A DNA stretch of 64,000 nt from Candidatus Poribacteria bacterium (GTDB taxonomy: Bacteria; Poribacteria; WGA-4E; WGA-3G): contig RKRR01000119.1 in NCBI GenBank assembly GCA_007571305.1, positions 21,954 to 85,953 on the forward strand. The letters are read 5' to 3'. Of the stretch, positions 17,329 through 26,784 are shown in pieces. The position numbers and the translations under genes are program-made. The first letter of the stretch is position 1. Every line of letters begins with the position of its first letter. The notes beneath the pieces were generated by a model, which was given only the letters and a program-made list of their open reading frames with translations, was not told the origin of the DNA and did no database searches.

Positions 17329-18594
17329 CTAATTCTCCGTGCGGATCGCTTCAATAGGCGAAAGTTGAGCCGCGAGCACTGCTGGATAGACTCCGAAAGT
17401 GATGCCCATGAAAATCGAAAAGATAACGGAAGTCAATATCCATGGTAAAGAGAGGACAACGGGCCACTCTGGCACAACCTGTACAATACGGACAGCAAGC
17501 TGCGCCATACCGTGTGCTGCCAGCCAACCTCCGGCAATGCCGCTCACTGCACCACACAGACAGAGGCAGATCGATTCTGTCAAGAATTGACAGAAAATGT
17601 GAATCTGTTTCGCACCTACCGATTTCCGCAAGCCTATCTCCCGCGTCTTCTCACCAACGGAAACGAGACATATATTCATGATACCGATGCCGCTGACAAG
17701 GAGCGAAAATCCAGCAATACTCCCTAAGGTGATTTTAATCACTTTTTCAATGTGTTCAAGCCGCCTTGCTGTCCGTTTTGGTATCCAATATCCGATAAAG
17801 TCATCTTTTCCCCGGTGTCTCTTACGTAAGATATGTTTAACCGAATCCACGATACTATCAATATCCGCACCTTTTTCAAAAAAGACGACCATGTCTTCAA
17901 GGTACCGGGTGCCTGTGATCCGCTGTTGGTATGTTGTTAAAGGCACACAAAGAGCATCATCCAAAGAATACCAGAGGCTGAGGCTGCGGCCCTTCGATTT
18001 CATCACACCCACGACCCGTAGCCTGACCGTTGCTCCACGCCAATAATACCGAACCTTGACCTCTTGTCCAATTGGGGATTCCTCTCCAAATAGTTCAGTC
18101 GCAGTGTCGGCACCCAAAACACACACCTGCTTTGCGTTTTCAATATCGCCCTCGGAAAGGAATCTGCCCGCCTGAAGTTCCCATCTCATGCCGTGTCCGT
18201 AGTCTGCAGTAACACCTTCTAAAAGGGGTCTGGCTTGGTTCCCGTTTCGGGCGGTAACGAAAGTTTCGTAGCCTTCATATTTGGGTAAGACATAGAGAAT
18301 ATCCGGACATTCTGCCTCAATCGCAAGAGCCTCCTCGAGGGTATATCGCTCAGTGGTCCGCCGAACAAACCTTCGCTTTTTCCAAATAGAGGTCCGGGTC
18401 CAGAATTGGACTTGGTTTGCGCCGCCAAGGGTATCAATGTCTTGGGCGATAAGCAGTTTCGCCCCATCGCCGATTGCGATCATGCACAGGACACTGGCTA
18501 TCCCGATGAAGATACCGAGAATGGACAAACCGGCACGGAGTTTATTCTGAGCGAGGTGTGTGATACCTATGGTGATAGCGTCGCGAAATTTCAT
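17329..18594 (-). CDS. ABC transporter permease, MacB/FtsX family
   Basis: N-terminal TM helix, a large periplasmic MacB-like domain, and a C-terminal FtsX module (REIGLRKSVGA). No ATPase gene is adjacent. Confidence 0.85.
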   Translation of the reverse strand: MKFRDAITIGITHLAQNKLRAGLSILGIFIGIASVLCMIAIGDGAKLLIAQDIDTLGGANQVQFWTRTSIWKKRRFVRRTTERYTLEEALAIEAECPDILYVLPKYEGYETFVTARNGNQARPLLEGVTADYGHGMRWELQAGRFLSEGDIENAKQVCVLGADTATELFGEESPIGQEVKVRYYWRGATVRLRVVGVMKSKGRSLSLWYSLDDALCVPLTTYQQRITGTRYLEDMVVFFEKGADIDSIVDSVKHILRKRHRGKDDFIGYWIPKRTARRLEHIEKVIKITLGSIAGFSLLVSGIGIMNICLVSVGEKTREIGLRKSVGAKQIHIFCQFLTESICLCLCGAVSGIAGGWLAAHGMAQLAVRIVQVVPEWPVVLSLPWILTSVIFSIFMGITFGVYPAVLAAQLSPIEAIRTEN

Positions 18595-18933
18595 CTTTTA
18601 CTGAGGAACAGCGCGAAAGATAGGATTGTATTGATTAGGGCGGATCTCTGAAACAATCTCCCACTTATACAGACATTTGGATGCACTTTCAACGGGTTCA
18701 ACCCGTTTCACTTAAGCGAGTTTTAAGAACTATAGGTGTTTAAACCTTGTTTTTACTTGAAAATTCATCTCTTCGGACGTTGCTATGGTTATAAAGAGGC
18801 GGATTTTCGGTAAAACGGCTTAAAAAAAGACAACTATCCGGGCTTCTGAAGACCTGCTTCATGGAATAGCAGCAATTTTCGGTGTTTGGGGTGCGGATAT
18901 GTGGGGACCGGAAGAAACAGTGGAGGGGCGTGT

Positions 18934-20214
18934 TTAGGTTTCAGAGCCTTCTACAGTGACAATAGAATTGAGGGTATTGAGTGCCTCTGCATAGATATGT
19001 CGGAGCGGGACATTGTTCTGCTCCGCAAGCTGTCTACAATCCTCATATTCAGGAACGGCTTTAATAAGAGTGTCGTTGAGATATCCACGTTTCGCTTGAA
19101 TTGTTCCCCACTGCGTCTCGACTTGAGTGAAGTCGCGCCGGAGTTTGACCCGATTGGCGGAAGAGAATCTGACACCAAAAGTCATGGTTTCAGTAAGGAG
19201 GAGTTCGATGAGCTTATCGCGGCGTGGCGTAGGACAGAGAACAGTTATCTGTGTGGCAGGTCTGTTCTTTTTCATAAAAATCGGCGTAAGAAAGACATCA
19301 AGCGCGCCGTGCTCAAAGAGTTGGGCAGTAACATACCCCGTAATCTCTGGCGACATATCGTCTATATTGGTCTCAATAATGTCCACGGTGTCTGTTTCGG
19401 CGTGATGGTGAGTTGTTTGCGAATTGCTACTTGAGACCTTTTCACCGAGACAGAGCCGAAGGAGGTTGGGGCGCTGTTGGAGATCGCGGGTGCCAGCACC
19501 GTATCCGACACGATCCAATCGCATTTGCGGCATAACACCGAATTCCTGTGATAACGTCGTAATGAGTGCGGCTCCAGTCGGTGTCACCAGTTCCTTGGGT
19601 ATATCGGTTTGATGAATCGGAACACCTTTTAGGAGTTCCATTGTGCCAGGGACAGGGACAGGCATGAGACCGTGAGCACATCGGACGAAACCCCTACCGA
19701 GTGAGAGCGGTGATGCGTAGACCGCGTCGACATCCAGATATACCAAACCGATGACAGAACCTACGATGTCCACAATTGAATCAATCCCGCTCACCTCGTG
19801 GAGATGAACGTTGGCTTTGCTCATATTGTGAACTTTCGCCTCTGCTTCAGCGAGTCGGTCAAAGACGCGCTTTGCGGTTCCTCGAATTTCTGGGTCTAAA
19901 TCGCTCTCATCAAGCAACTTGAAAATATCGGAGAGATGACGAGTCGGGCCGTGATCGTGGGCATGCCCATGATCGTGATGGTCGTGATGTGAATCCGCAT
20001 CAGTGGTGTGTACCGGGTGCACCTCTACAATTGCGCGGGTACCGGTAATGCCGTGTTTCGTGGCTTTTTCGAAGTGTAGACTGAATTCAGCTTCGAGTTT
20101 GAGAGCAGATAATCCCTCTGTAAGTATTTCTGGGGGCACACCAACATCGACAAGGGCACCAAGCGTCATGTCGCCGCTAATGCCTGAAAAGCAGTCGAAA
20201 TACGCGATTTTCAC
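18934..20214 (-). CDS. larC: nickel insertion protein LarC (pyridinium-3,5-bisthiocarboxylic acid mononucleotide nickel chelatase)
   Basis: MKIAYFDCFSGISGDMTLGALVDVGV N-terminus of the DUF111 family, plus a His-rich stretch HHDHHDHGHAHDHG. Confidence 0.9.
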   Translation of the reverse strand: MKIAYFDCFSGISGDMTLGALVDVGVPPEILTEGLSALKLEAEFSLHFEKATKHGITGTRAIVEVHPVHTTDADSHHDHHDHGHAHDHGPTRHLSDIFKLLDESDLDPEIRGTAKRVFDRLAEAEAKVHNMSKANVHLHEVSGIDSIVDIVGSVIGLVYLDVDAVYASPLSLGRGFVRCAHGLMPVPVPGTMELLKGVPIHQTDIPKELVTPTGAALITTLSQEFGVMPQMRLDRVGYGAGTRDLQQRPNLLRLCLGEKVSSSNSQTTHHHAETDTVDIIETNIDDMSPEITGYVTAQLFEHGALDVFLTPIFMKKNRPATQITVLCPTPRRDKLIELLLTETMTFGVRFSSANRVKLRRDFTQVETQWGTIQAKRGYLNDTLIKAVPEYEDCRQLAEQNNVPLRHIYAEALNTLNSIVTVEGSET

Positions 20215-20397
20215 GATACTTACGCTCCTTTAGATCCTCTATGGAGATTCAGTGAAGTCCGAGACGCATAGACTGGGTGTGCTGGGCTCGCCAGTGAAGG
20301 GCACCCCTACAAAAAAAAGAGTGGTTATCAATTATCAGCCGTCAGTTAAAAGTGGAAACCCTTGGTTATAGTAAAATCCGAAAATAGGTTCACACGT

Positions 20398-20486
20398 GTA
20401 GCATAGACTGTTAGCCTGTGGACATATAATTTCATAGTTCACAAGGCGATACGAGTGTATAGGTAATTACGGAATTTACTATAAAC
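20398..20486 (+). repeat. dispersed intergenic repeat, family R2, copy B
   Basis: GTAGCATAGACTGTTAGCCTGTG ... CACAAGGCGATA ... TAATTACGGAATTTACTATAAAC is collinear with the minus-strand reading of copy A. Confidence 0.65.
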
Positions 20487-20538
20487 AAAGCCCTCTTTAA
20501 CGAATAACCGTTAACTGAAAACTGGTAACCATTTCGGT

Positions 20539-22173
20539 TCAGAAATCTTGAAGTAAGTCTTGGAGCAGTGTCTTAGAGTCGTGGCACTTGAGTTTAGCAA
20601 GAGCTTCGAGCTCTATCTGTCGGACACGTTCGCGACTCACCCGAAGTTTATCCCCGATGGCCGCTAAGGTGTACTCGGTGCCGTCCATTAAGCCGTATCG
20701 CAGAATGATCACCTGTGTTTCACGAGGATTGAGTGTTCGATTGAGGACCTCTGTGATAACCTCGACTTTAGCATAATCGATCAGAGAGTTTTCAGGCGTA
20801 ATTTGGGATTGATCCGGAATAAGATCGGAAAACGAGCCGTCCGGAGAGTCTTCATTGATCGGCGCATCGAGCGGAACAACATCTTTTGTCGCGTTGAAAA
20901 TTTGGGAAACCTTTTTCTCTGTAAGTTCGACCTTCTCCGCAATTTCAGTTATAGTGGGTTCGCGTCCGAGTTGGGCCGTCAGATCTAATTGTGCCTGCTT
21001 AATGGCGCGACGAGCTTCGCTGATATAGCATGGAACACGGATCATTTGTCCTTGCTGATCGAGAGCTCGTCTGATGGATTGCATAATCCACCAAGTCGCG
21101 TAAGTGCTGAATCGGAATCGGAGGGTGTGATCGAACTTATCCACGGCTCGCATCAATCCGAGGCTGCCTTCCTGCATCAAATCAAGGAACGTTAAGGATG
21201 TTTTACTGAAATGATGTTTTTTCGCAATACTGGCGACAAGGCGAAGATTCGCTTCGACAATTTTCAGTTTTGTTCCATGTGTAACTTGGTCTGCTGCTTC
21301 CAATTGTTCCGCTAACCACTTGACATACGCAAATTCTCGTCGCACGTCTTCAAGCACGAACCGAAATGTATATGGCTTGCAGGTAGTTCTCCGATCTACC
21401 AACATACCGGCAGGTAACTCCTCCAAGAGCATTTCAATTTCATAGCGGATGACATCGAAGTCCTGAAAAGCCGAGGATTCCTGTTCTTCGTCAAAACACG
21501 GTGTTGTGATGTGAGAGAGTTCAGGGATCGGACGTGCTTCTACCATAGGGAAATCAACTTGTCGTTGCTGTGCTTTCACCGTTTTCTTCTTAAAGGTATT
21601 GATGCTGCTGCGAATTGCCTTACGGGCGTATGCCCGAAATTCCGCGCCACGCTTTGTATCACTATTGTCTATAGCTTTCAAGAGTCCGAGGATTCCGACC
21701 TGCTTCAATTCGGGCGACGCAGTCGTGTCAATATACCTTTTTAAGAGATGTAAGTTCCCTTCAAAGATTTTCCAACGCGTCTGTTCCCATACGTTAACCT
21801 TCGCTTCTAATTTTTTCAATAGACTACCAAGTGCCTGAATTTCGGCGCGGACCTGGTCTATAATTAATCCGTGTTCCGGTTGCGCAGGCTCTAATTTTTC
21901 GCCTCCATTTGAAGTATCGTTTTTAGTAATGTTAAGCGAGGCTATCATCCAATCAGGAAATTGGTTCAACAGGTCGGTAAAAGCTTCTAAACCTTCTTGG
22001 TATTTTTTGAAGAGGGTAACTTCTTGTTCACGTTCCAACAAAGGGGTCTTCGCAATCCTCTGTAAGTACGCAAAAGTCTCATCTCTTGATGCCTCTGTGC
22101 GGCTTTCTTCCCTCTCTTCATCCACTACAAAAAGTTCGGATTCTACCGGGTACGCCGGGTAATAGTCTCTCAT
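20539..22173 (-). CDS. RNA polymerase sigma-70 family factor, RpoD-like, with a long insert between regions 1.2 and 2
   Basis: Region 1.2 is [17 protein letters not shown]. Region 2 is [15 protein letters not shown]...[18 protein letters not shown]...[16 protein letters not shown]. Region 4.2 is [17 protein letters not shown]. Confidence 0.9.
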   Translation of the reverse strand: MRDYYPAYPVESELFVVDEEREESRTEASRDETFAYLQRIAKTPLLEREQEVTLFKKYQEGLEAFTDLLNQFPDWMIASLNITKNDTSNGGEKLEPAQPEHGLIIDQVRAEIQALGSLLKKLEAKVNVWEQTRWKIFEGNLHLLKRYIDTTASPELKQVGILGLLKAIDNSDTKRGAEFRAYARKAIRSSINTFKKKTVKAQQRQVDFPMVEARPIPELSHITTPCFDEEQESSAFQDFDVIRYEIEMLLEELPAGMLVDRRTTCKPYTFRFVLEDVRREFAYVKWLAEQLEAADQVTHGTKLKIVEANLRLVASIAKKHHFSKTSLTFLDLMQEGSLGLMRAVDKFDHTLRFRFSTYATWWIMQSIRRALDQQGQMIRVPCYISEARRAIKQAQLDLTAQLGREPTITEIAEKVELTEKKVSQIFNATKDVVPLDAPINEDSPDGSFSDLIPDQSQITPENSLIDYAKVEVITEVLNRTLNPRETQVIILRYGLMDGTEYTLAAIGDKLRVSRERVRQIELEALAKLKCHDSKTLLQDLLQDF

Positions 22174-22484
22174 GTCTCCACCTCACTGTTTATTTAATTT
22201 ACGGATCCCTGGACTGCGTTCGATTTCATCTTTTGCAGGTCCCCAATGCGTTTCAAGGCTATTTTTTTAAAATGCTCCCAATTTACGGATCTGGGAACTA
22301 TCCCGTTTCTCTTTTTCCTTACGACGCATTCTAAGTACCATCCCAATTAAGAAAAAAAGTTTAACTTTTTATTATCTATATGGTATGCTATTATGCATAA
22401 TCTATTCGTCCATCTACTGACTAACACGATTGGCTTGCAAGCGGCCCCCTAAAACACCGTATAACATTTGGAGGCAGTTAATTA

Positions 22485-23060
22485 ATGGCTCAACTCACAG
22501 AAAATGAAATCATTAAAAAGTTTCAAGCCGGTGAATCTCTTTCTGGTGAAAATCTTGCAAACTTAGATTTAGCGGATCAGCAACTCATAGGTATTGATTT
22601 GTCGGAAGCGAATTTGAACGGTACTGATCTACGGAACGCGGATTTAACAGACGCTAATCTGAACGATGCGAATCTCACCGGTGCGAACCTTTCTGGTGCA
22701 ACTTTACATCGGACGTATCTGGTCGGCTCTAATCTAACGGATACCAACCTCCAGGAAGCGAATCTATGCGGCGCGTTCCTGAGCGGAAGTCTGCTCTGCG
22801 GCACTAACTTCCGACACGCCGATTTACGTCGTGCTACCCTCGGTTGTCCAAAATGCAAGGTGCCGGGACCTTTCGGCTCACTCACCAGTTTTGAGAACGC
22901 AGACCTCGGAGAGGCGATTTTCGGTGAAATCAAACTGATAGGCGTTGTCTTACTCGGTGCCAATTTCAAAGACGCATATCTATATGAAGTTGACCTCTCT
23001 GAAGCCGTCTATCGCGAAGCCGATCTTGAAGGTGCTATCACCAAAAAGGGGCGAAATTAG
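22485..23060 (+). CDS. pentapeptide repeat protein
   Basis: Tandem A(D/N)LxX pentapeptides (ANLNGTDLRNADLTDANLNDANLTGANLSGATL...). Confidence 0.9.
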   Translation: MAQLTENEIIKKFQAGESLSGENLANLDLADQQLIGIDLSEANLNGTDLRNADLTDANLNDANLTGANLSGATLHRTYLVGSNLTDTNLQEANLCGAFLSGSLLCGTNFRHADLRRATLGCPKCKVPGPFGSLTSFENADLGEAIFGEIKLIGVVLLGANFKDAYLYEVDLSEAVYREADLEGAITKKGRN

Positions 23061-23410
23061 GCAAGAGACATTTTTGTTTTTTTCAACGTCTTTTACCAAT
23101 TCCATCCACGTAGTTTCGACCTACCAGTTTTCTCCATTACTTCGGAGTTGAGATTGCAAAAATCGGTCTTAGGAGTCTTTCTTCACAGCAAAGAGATATA
23201 AGTCCACACCAACGGTGCAGGGTTTTGCTTAGATGTTTCTTCAATTTTCTCAACTCCAACACGGAAAACGCCAATATCCAAGAAACGCATACTTGCCCGC
23301 AAGAAATAATTAAAAAAACCGCGCCTCTCTAATATATGTGACGTTAACAAGTGGTAAGAGGTTTACCCAAATTGCATTTTTTTAATAGGATTTATGCAGT
23401 CTGCGCTTCT

Positions 23411-23506
23411 GTAGCATAACCTATTAGGGTGTGTTAGGGAACCGCGTGTTTTTTATCGGTTCGCCCTCTCAGAAATCATGTTATTGTCAAAATTGCGTAA
23501 GTCCTG
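23411..23506 (+). repeat. dispersed intergenic repeat, family R2, copy C
   Basis: GTAGCATAACCTATTAGGGTGTG at 23411-23433. The 21-mer GTCAAAATTGCGTAAGTCCTG at 23486-23506 matches the reverse complement of 10903-10923 exactly. Confidence 0.7.
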
Positions 23507-23589
23507 TTTCAGTTTCGACGCTTTACTCCTGATTCTCCATAGACGCGCAACCCCCACGTAAGAGCAGCTCTGCTGTTACACGCCTCAGG

Positions 23590-25509
23590 TCAACTGAGCT
23601 GCATTTCGCAGAGTTTTTGATATAATCCTCCCTTTGCTAACAACGTTTCATGTGTTCCAGTCTCCAGTATTTCCCCATCCTTGATAACGAGAATCTTGTC
23701 AGCTCGGATAACAGTTGAAAGTCGGTGAGCAATGATAAAACTGGTTCTCCCTTCCATCAAGTTCACCAGCGATTCTTGGATAAGTGCTTCAGACTGTGTA
23801 TCCAATGAAGATGTGGCTTCATCCAAGACGAGAATCGGTGCATCTTTTAAGAGAGCGCGGGCAATAGATAAGCGCTGCTGTTCACCACCGGAAAGTTTCA
23901 TACCCGCCTCACCAATTGGGGTCATATAACCTTGCGGGGTTTTCGTAATGAACTCGTGTGCGTTTGCACCTTTCGCTGCTGTGATAACCGCTTCATCAGT
24001 GGCACCCGGGCACCCATAGCCGATGTTTTCCATAATGGTGCCGTCAAAGAGGAATGTGTCCTGTGGGACAAGTGCAATACTTTGTCGCAATGACTCCAAA
24101 TTTGCTTCAGAAATAGCGACATCGTCAATTAAGATGTTTCCTGAACTTACCTCATAGAAACGCAACAGCAGGTTGAGGAGGGTTGTCTTTCCACTGCCAC
24201 TCGGCCCGACGAGTGCCACAACTTCCCCGGGCTTCGCTTCGAAGGTTACATTATCAATGACAGGTTTTAACCTTGTCGGCTGATTATCTGAATTTGTTGC
24301 TAAAGGTTGCGAGTAGAAAAAAGAGACATTCTGAAATGTGACGGTGCCGTGTATATTTTGCAGTTGAATCCCGCCCGCCGCGTCTTCAGACTTCCTATAG
24401 CGATTAGGTTGACGTTCATTGTTCTCTTCACCTCTCTCTCGTCTGAAGTCAAGGAGATAAAAGATCCGTTCCGCAGAAACGAGACATTGTTGTAAGGCAC
24501 TATTGACGCTACCAATCGTTTTAATCGGCTTGAACATCCAACTTACCATCGTAACATAACCGATAAACCATCCCGTGGAGAGTTGTCCGATAATGACCTG
24601 CCAGCAGCCTAACGCGAAAACGGTTGCAACTCCCAGAGCTCCCAACCATTCGATCGTTGGAGGGAGAAGTGCAGCGAAACGAGCACGTCGGATTGCCGAG
24701 CAGTACTGATTCCAGTTTGTGGCTCGGAAACGTTCGGTTTCAGTTCGTTCAGTGGTAAAACTTTTGATGATTTTGATACCAGTAAGTGTCTCTTTGAGTT
24801 GTGAATAGATATTCACACTCTGCTGCTGAATTTCTACGCTGGCACCACGAATTCGTGTGCCGATAGACGTAATGAAATAAGCAAGAAATGGGAGAATAAG
24901 CAGGACGAACAAGGTGAGCTTGAAACTCGTGACCAGCATTACAGACACAAAGACCCCCACGAGAACCACAGCGCGGACAATATTCGCCATCGCGGCGACG
25001 AGGTTTTGCCACACCCGGACATCGTCTGTGATGCGCACCATCAGGTCGCCGGTGCGTTCTTCGCGCAAGGCCCTTAAGGGGGCAGATACGATGCAGTCAT
25101 AAAGGGCGTTCCGCAGCCGGAAAGACAGTTTGTGTCCGACACGCGCCATCACGTAATCGTTACCATAAACGAAGAAACCTTTGATGAATACAAGGATGAG
25201 TAATCCACCGAGCAGCCATAGAAAGGCTTTGAGTGCATCACCTGCATCTATCAAGGACATCTCGAATCCATCGAAAGCAAACAGGCCTTCACGCTGGAAG
25301 TACCGGATGGATACAGTTTCGTCAAATGGGTTTCCGCCGACAATCTCAAGCGTATTAATCGTATCTGCTAAAATCTGAATAGCCCCTAAGTCGCACACAG
25401 CAACGACTAAGGCAAAAACCATTGCTAACAAAAAGGATCCGATGTAGGGCGCGTGATACCCTACAAATCGAGTAAAGGTTGCGTTTTTTCTGAAAATTTT
25501 CTTATCCAT
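23590..25509 (-). CDS. ABC transporter, fused permease/ATP-binding protein (MsbA/exporter type)
   Basis: Six-TM ABC_membrane domain followed by GPSGSGKTT (Walker A), LSGGEQQRLSIARAL and ILVLDEATSSLD. Start set at MDKKIFRK. Confidence 0.9.
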   Translation of the reverse strand: MDKKIFRKNATFTRFVGYHAPYIGSFLLAMVFALVVAVCDLGAIQILADTINTLEIVGGNPFDETVSIRYFQREGLFAFDGFEMSLIDAGDALKAFLWLLGGLLILVFIKGFFVYGNDYVMARVGHKLSFRLRNALYDCIVSAPLRALREERTGDLMVRITDDVRVWQNLVAAMANIVRAVVLVGVFVSVMLVTSFKLTLFVLLILPFLAYFITSIGTRIRGASVEIQQQSVNIYSQLKETLTGIKIIKSFTTERTETERFRATNWNQYCSAIRRARFAALLPPTIEWLGALGVATVFALGCWQVIIGQLSTGWFIGYVTMVSWMFKPIKTIGSVNSALQQCLVSAERIFYLLDFRRERGEENNERQPNRYRKSEDAAGGIQLQNIHGTVTFQNVSFFYSQPLATNSDNQPTRLKPVIDNVTFEAKPGEVVALVGPSGSGKTTLLNLLLRFYEVSSGNILIDDVAISEANLESLRQSIALVPQDTFLFDGTIMENIGYGCPGATDEAVITAAKGANAHEFITKTPQGYMTPIGEAGMKLSGGEQQRLSIARALLKDAPILVLDEATSSLDTQSEALIQESLVNLMEGRTSFIIAHRLSTVIRADKILVIKDGEILETGTHETLLAKGGLYQKLCEMQLS

Positions 25510-25577
25510 GCTGAGTCTGTCCGTTGGACTGAACCGAAGGTGAAACTCAGGAACACCCAATCAAAACACCTACTTGC

Positions 25578-26705
25578 TTATTTCAGTTGATAATCACCCA
25601 ATTGGATAGCACATGCCTTTTTCGCGGTATCGTTCCCTTTTGAAAATGGACAACGGATACTGAATTCTCGCTTTTGGAAATCGACAGCTTCAATGATCCC
25701 GATGGCATAGGTATTACCGGCAGCGTCTATTAATCCGACCAAACGGCGTGTAAAATAAGCGCGGACTTCTGCTGTGATACGCGTTAAGCTTAAATAATCT
25801 TTGATGCGGGTGATAACTGTCTTGGAAAGTGATTTTGACCCAATGAGACACAAGGTCCGATGTCCCCATTCAGCGTAGTGAACTTGTGTCTCAGCGAGCC
25901 GAGAGAGGATTTCTAATTCCTTCTCATTTGCGACGCGCCCAATAAAGAAAGGGGTACGCCAACTCCGAATTTGTTCAAATGGTAGATGTTGGATGTTACT
26001 CCCGAACCCTTGTAGAGCAGGTGCTGAAGACTCGCCAGTCTCACCACTTTCAAGAGCGAGTTTTGGTTCGCAAGCTTCACCAAAATAGGCATCAAATTGG
26101 GCTCTTCGGTATCGACTGCGCGCCTTGCTACCTTTAGATCTAACATTCTTGTGTGGAAGAAGGTAATGAATATTCAGCCAGTCCTGCTGGCTATAACCTG
26201 CGGTTATCTGTCTCAATTCGCCGGAATGCCCCATGCATACCACGTGGTTCGGTCTGATGAGTTCAATCTTGTGCTGTTTAAGAGTAACAGCGGGGGCATC
26301 GTGGATGTAACCGGTCGTATCAATGATAATGAAATCAGCCTCGGTTTCACGCGCGCGATCTACCATCAGCCGTGTTCCCGTGAGCACTTCAAGACAGTGT
26401 CCACGGGGCGAGAGATCGCCTACAAAATATAGATAGTCGGCGATGCCGTTGAACTGGACAGGGGAACTTTCCGGGGTAAGAGACTTCATACCGATTGTCG
26501 TGGGGGGACCGATCTGAGATTGTCCGACATCTGCATCCACAACAACCGTTTTCAATCCCTGACCAATGGCAGAATCAGCCAAAAAACGGCAGAAGGTTGT
26601 TTTTCCAACATCGGTTGAACCTATCACAAGTACAACCTGTTGGGACTTGACAATTCGACTCGCAAGTTTTTCCCAGTGTTGGTTAACTTGATACGCGTCA
26701 TTCAT
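25578..26705 (-). CDS. Clp1/Grc3-family P-loop polynucleotide 5-prime kinase homologue
   Basis: VVLVIGSTDVGKTTFCRFLADSAIGQGLKTVVVDADVGQSQIGPPTTIG closely parallels the Clp1 P-loop region (VGPTDVGKST...DVGQ...PG). ADFIIIDTTGYI resembles the Clp1 Walker B/clasp. Start set at MNDAYQ. Confidence 0.7.
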   Translation of the reverse strand: MNDAYQVNQHWEKLASRIVKSQQVVLVIGSTDVGKTTFCRFLADSAIGQGLKTVVVDADVGQSQIGPPTTIGMKSLTPESSPVQFNGIADYLYFVGDLSPRGHCLEVLTGTRLMVDRARETEADFIIIDTTGYIHDAPAVTLKQHKIELIRPNHVVCMGHSGELRQITAGYSQQDWLNIHYLLPHKNVRSKGSKARSRYRRAQFDAYFGEACEPKLALESGETGESSAPALQGFGSNIQHLPFEQIRSWRTPFFIGRVANEKELEILSRLAETQVHYAEWGHRTLCLIGSKSLSKTVITRIKDYLSLTRITAEVRAYFTRRLVGLIDAAGNTYAIGIIEAVDFQKREFSIRCPFSKGNDTAKKACAIQLGDYQLK

Positions 26706-26784
26706 TTTGATTGACAATCGGGTGTCAACAGTAAAACACGAGTTGAGGGTTCAAACCGATACCCTTCTTTACTGATTGCTACAG

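Noticed and set aside
18886-19434. 182-aa ORF on the plus strand
   Set aside because: It is antisense to the 3-prime half of larC, and its sequence has no recognisable features.
19950-19992. His/Asp-rich codon run (HHDHHDHGHAHDHG) in larC, considered as a repeat expansion or sequencing artefact
   Set aside because: A His-rich nickel-binding segment is an established feature of LarC proteins. The reading frame is intact on both sides.
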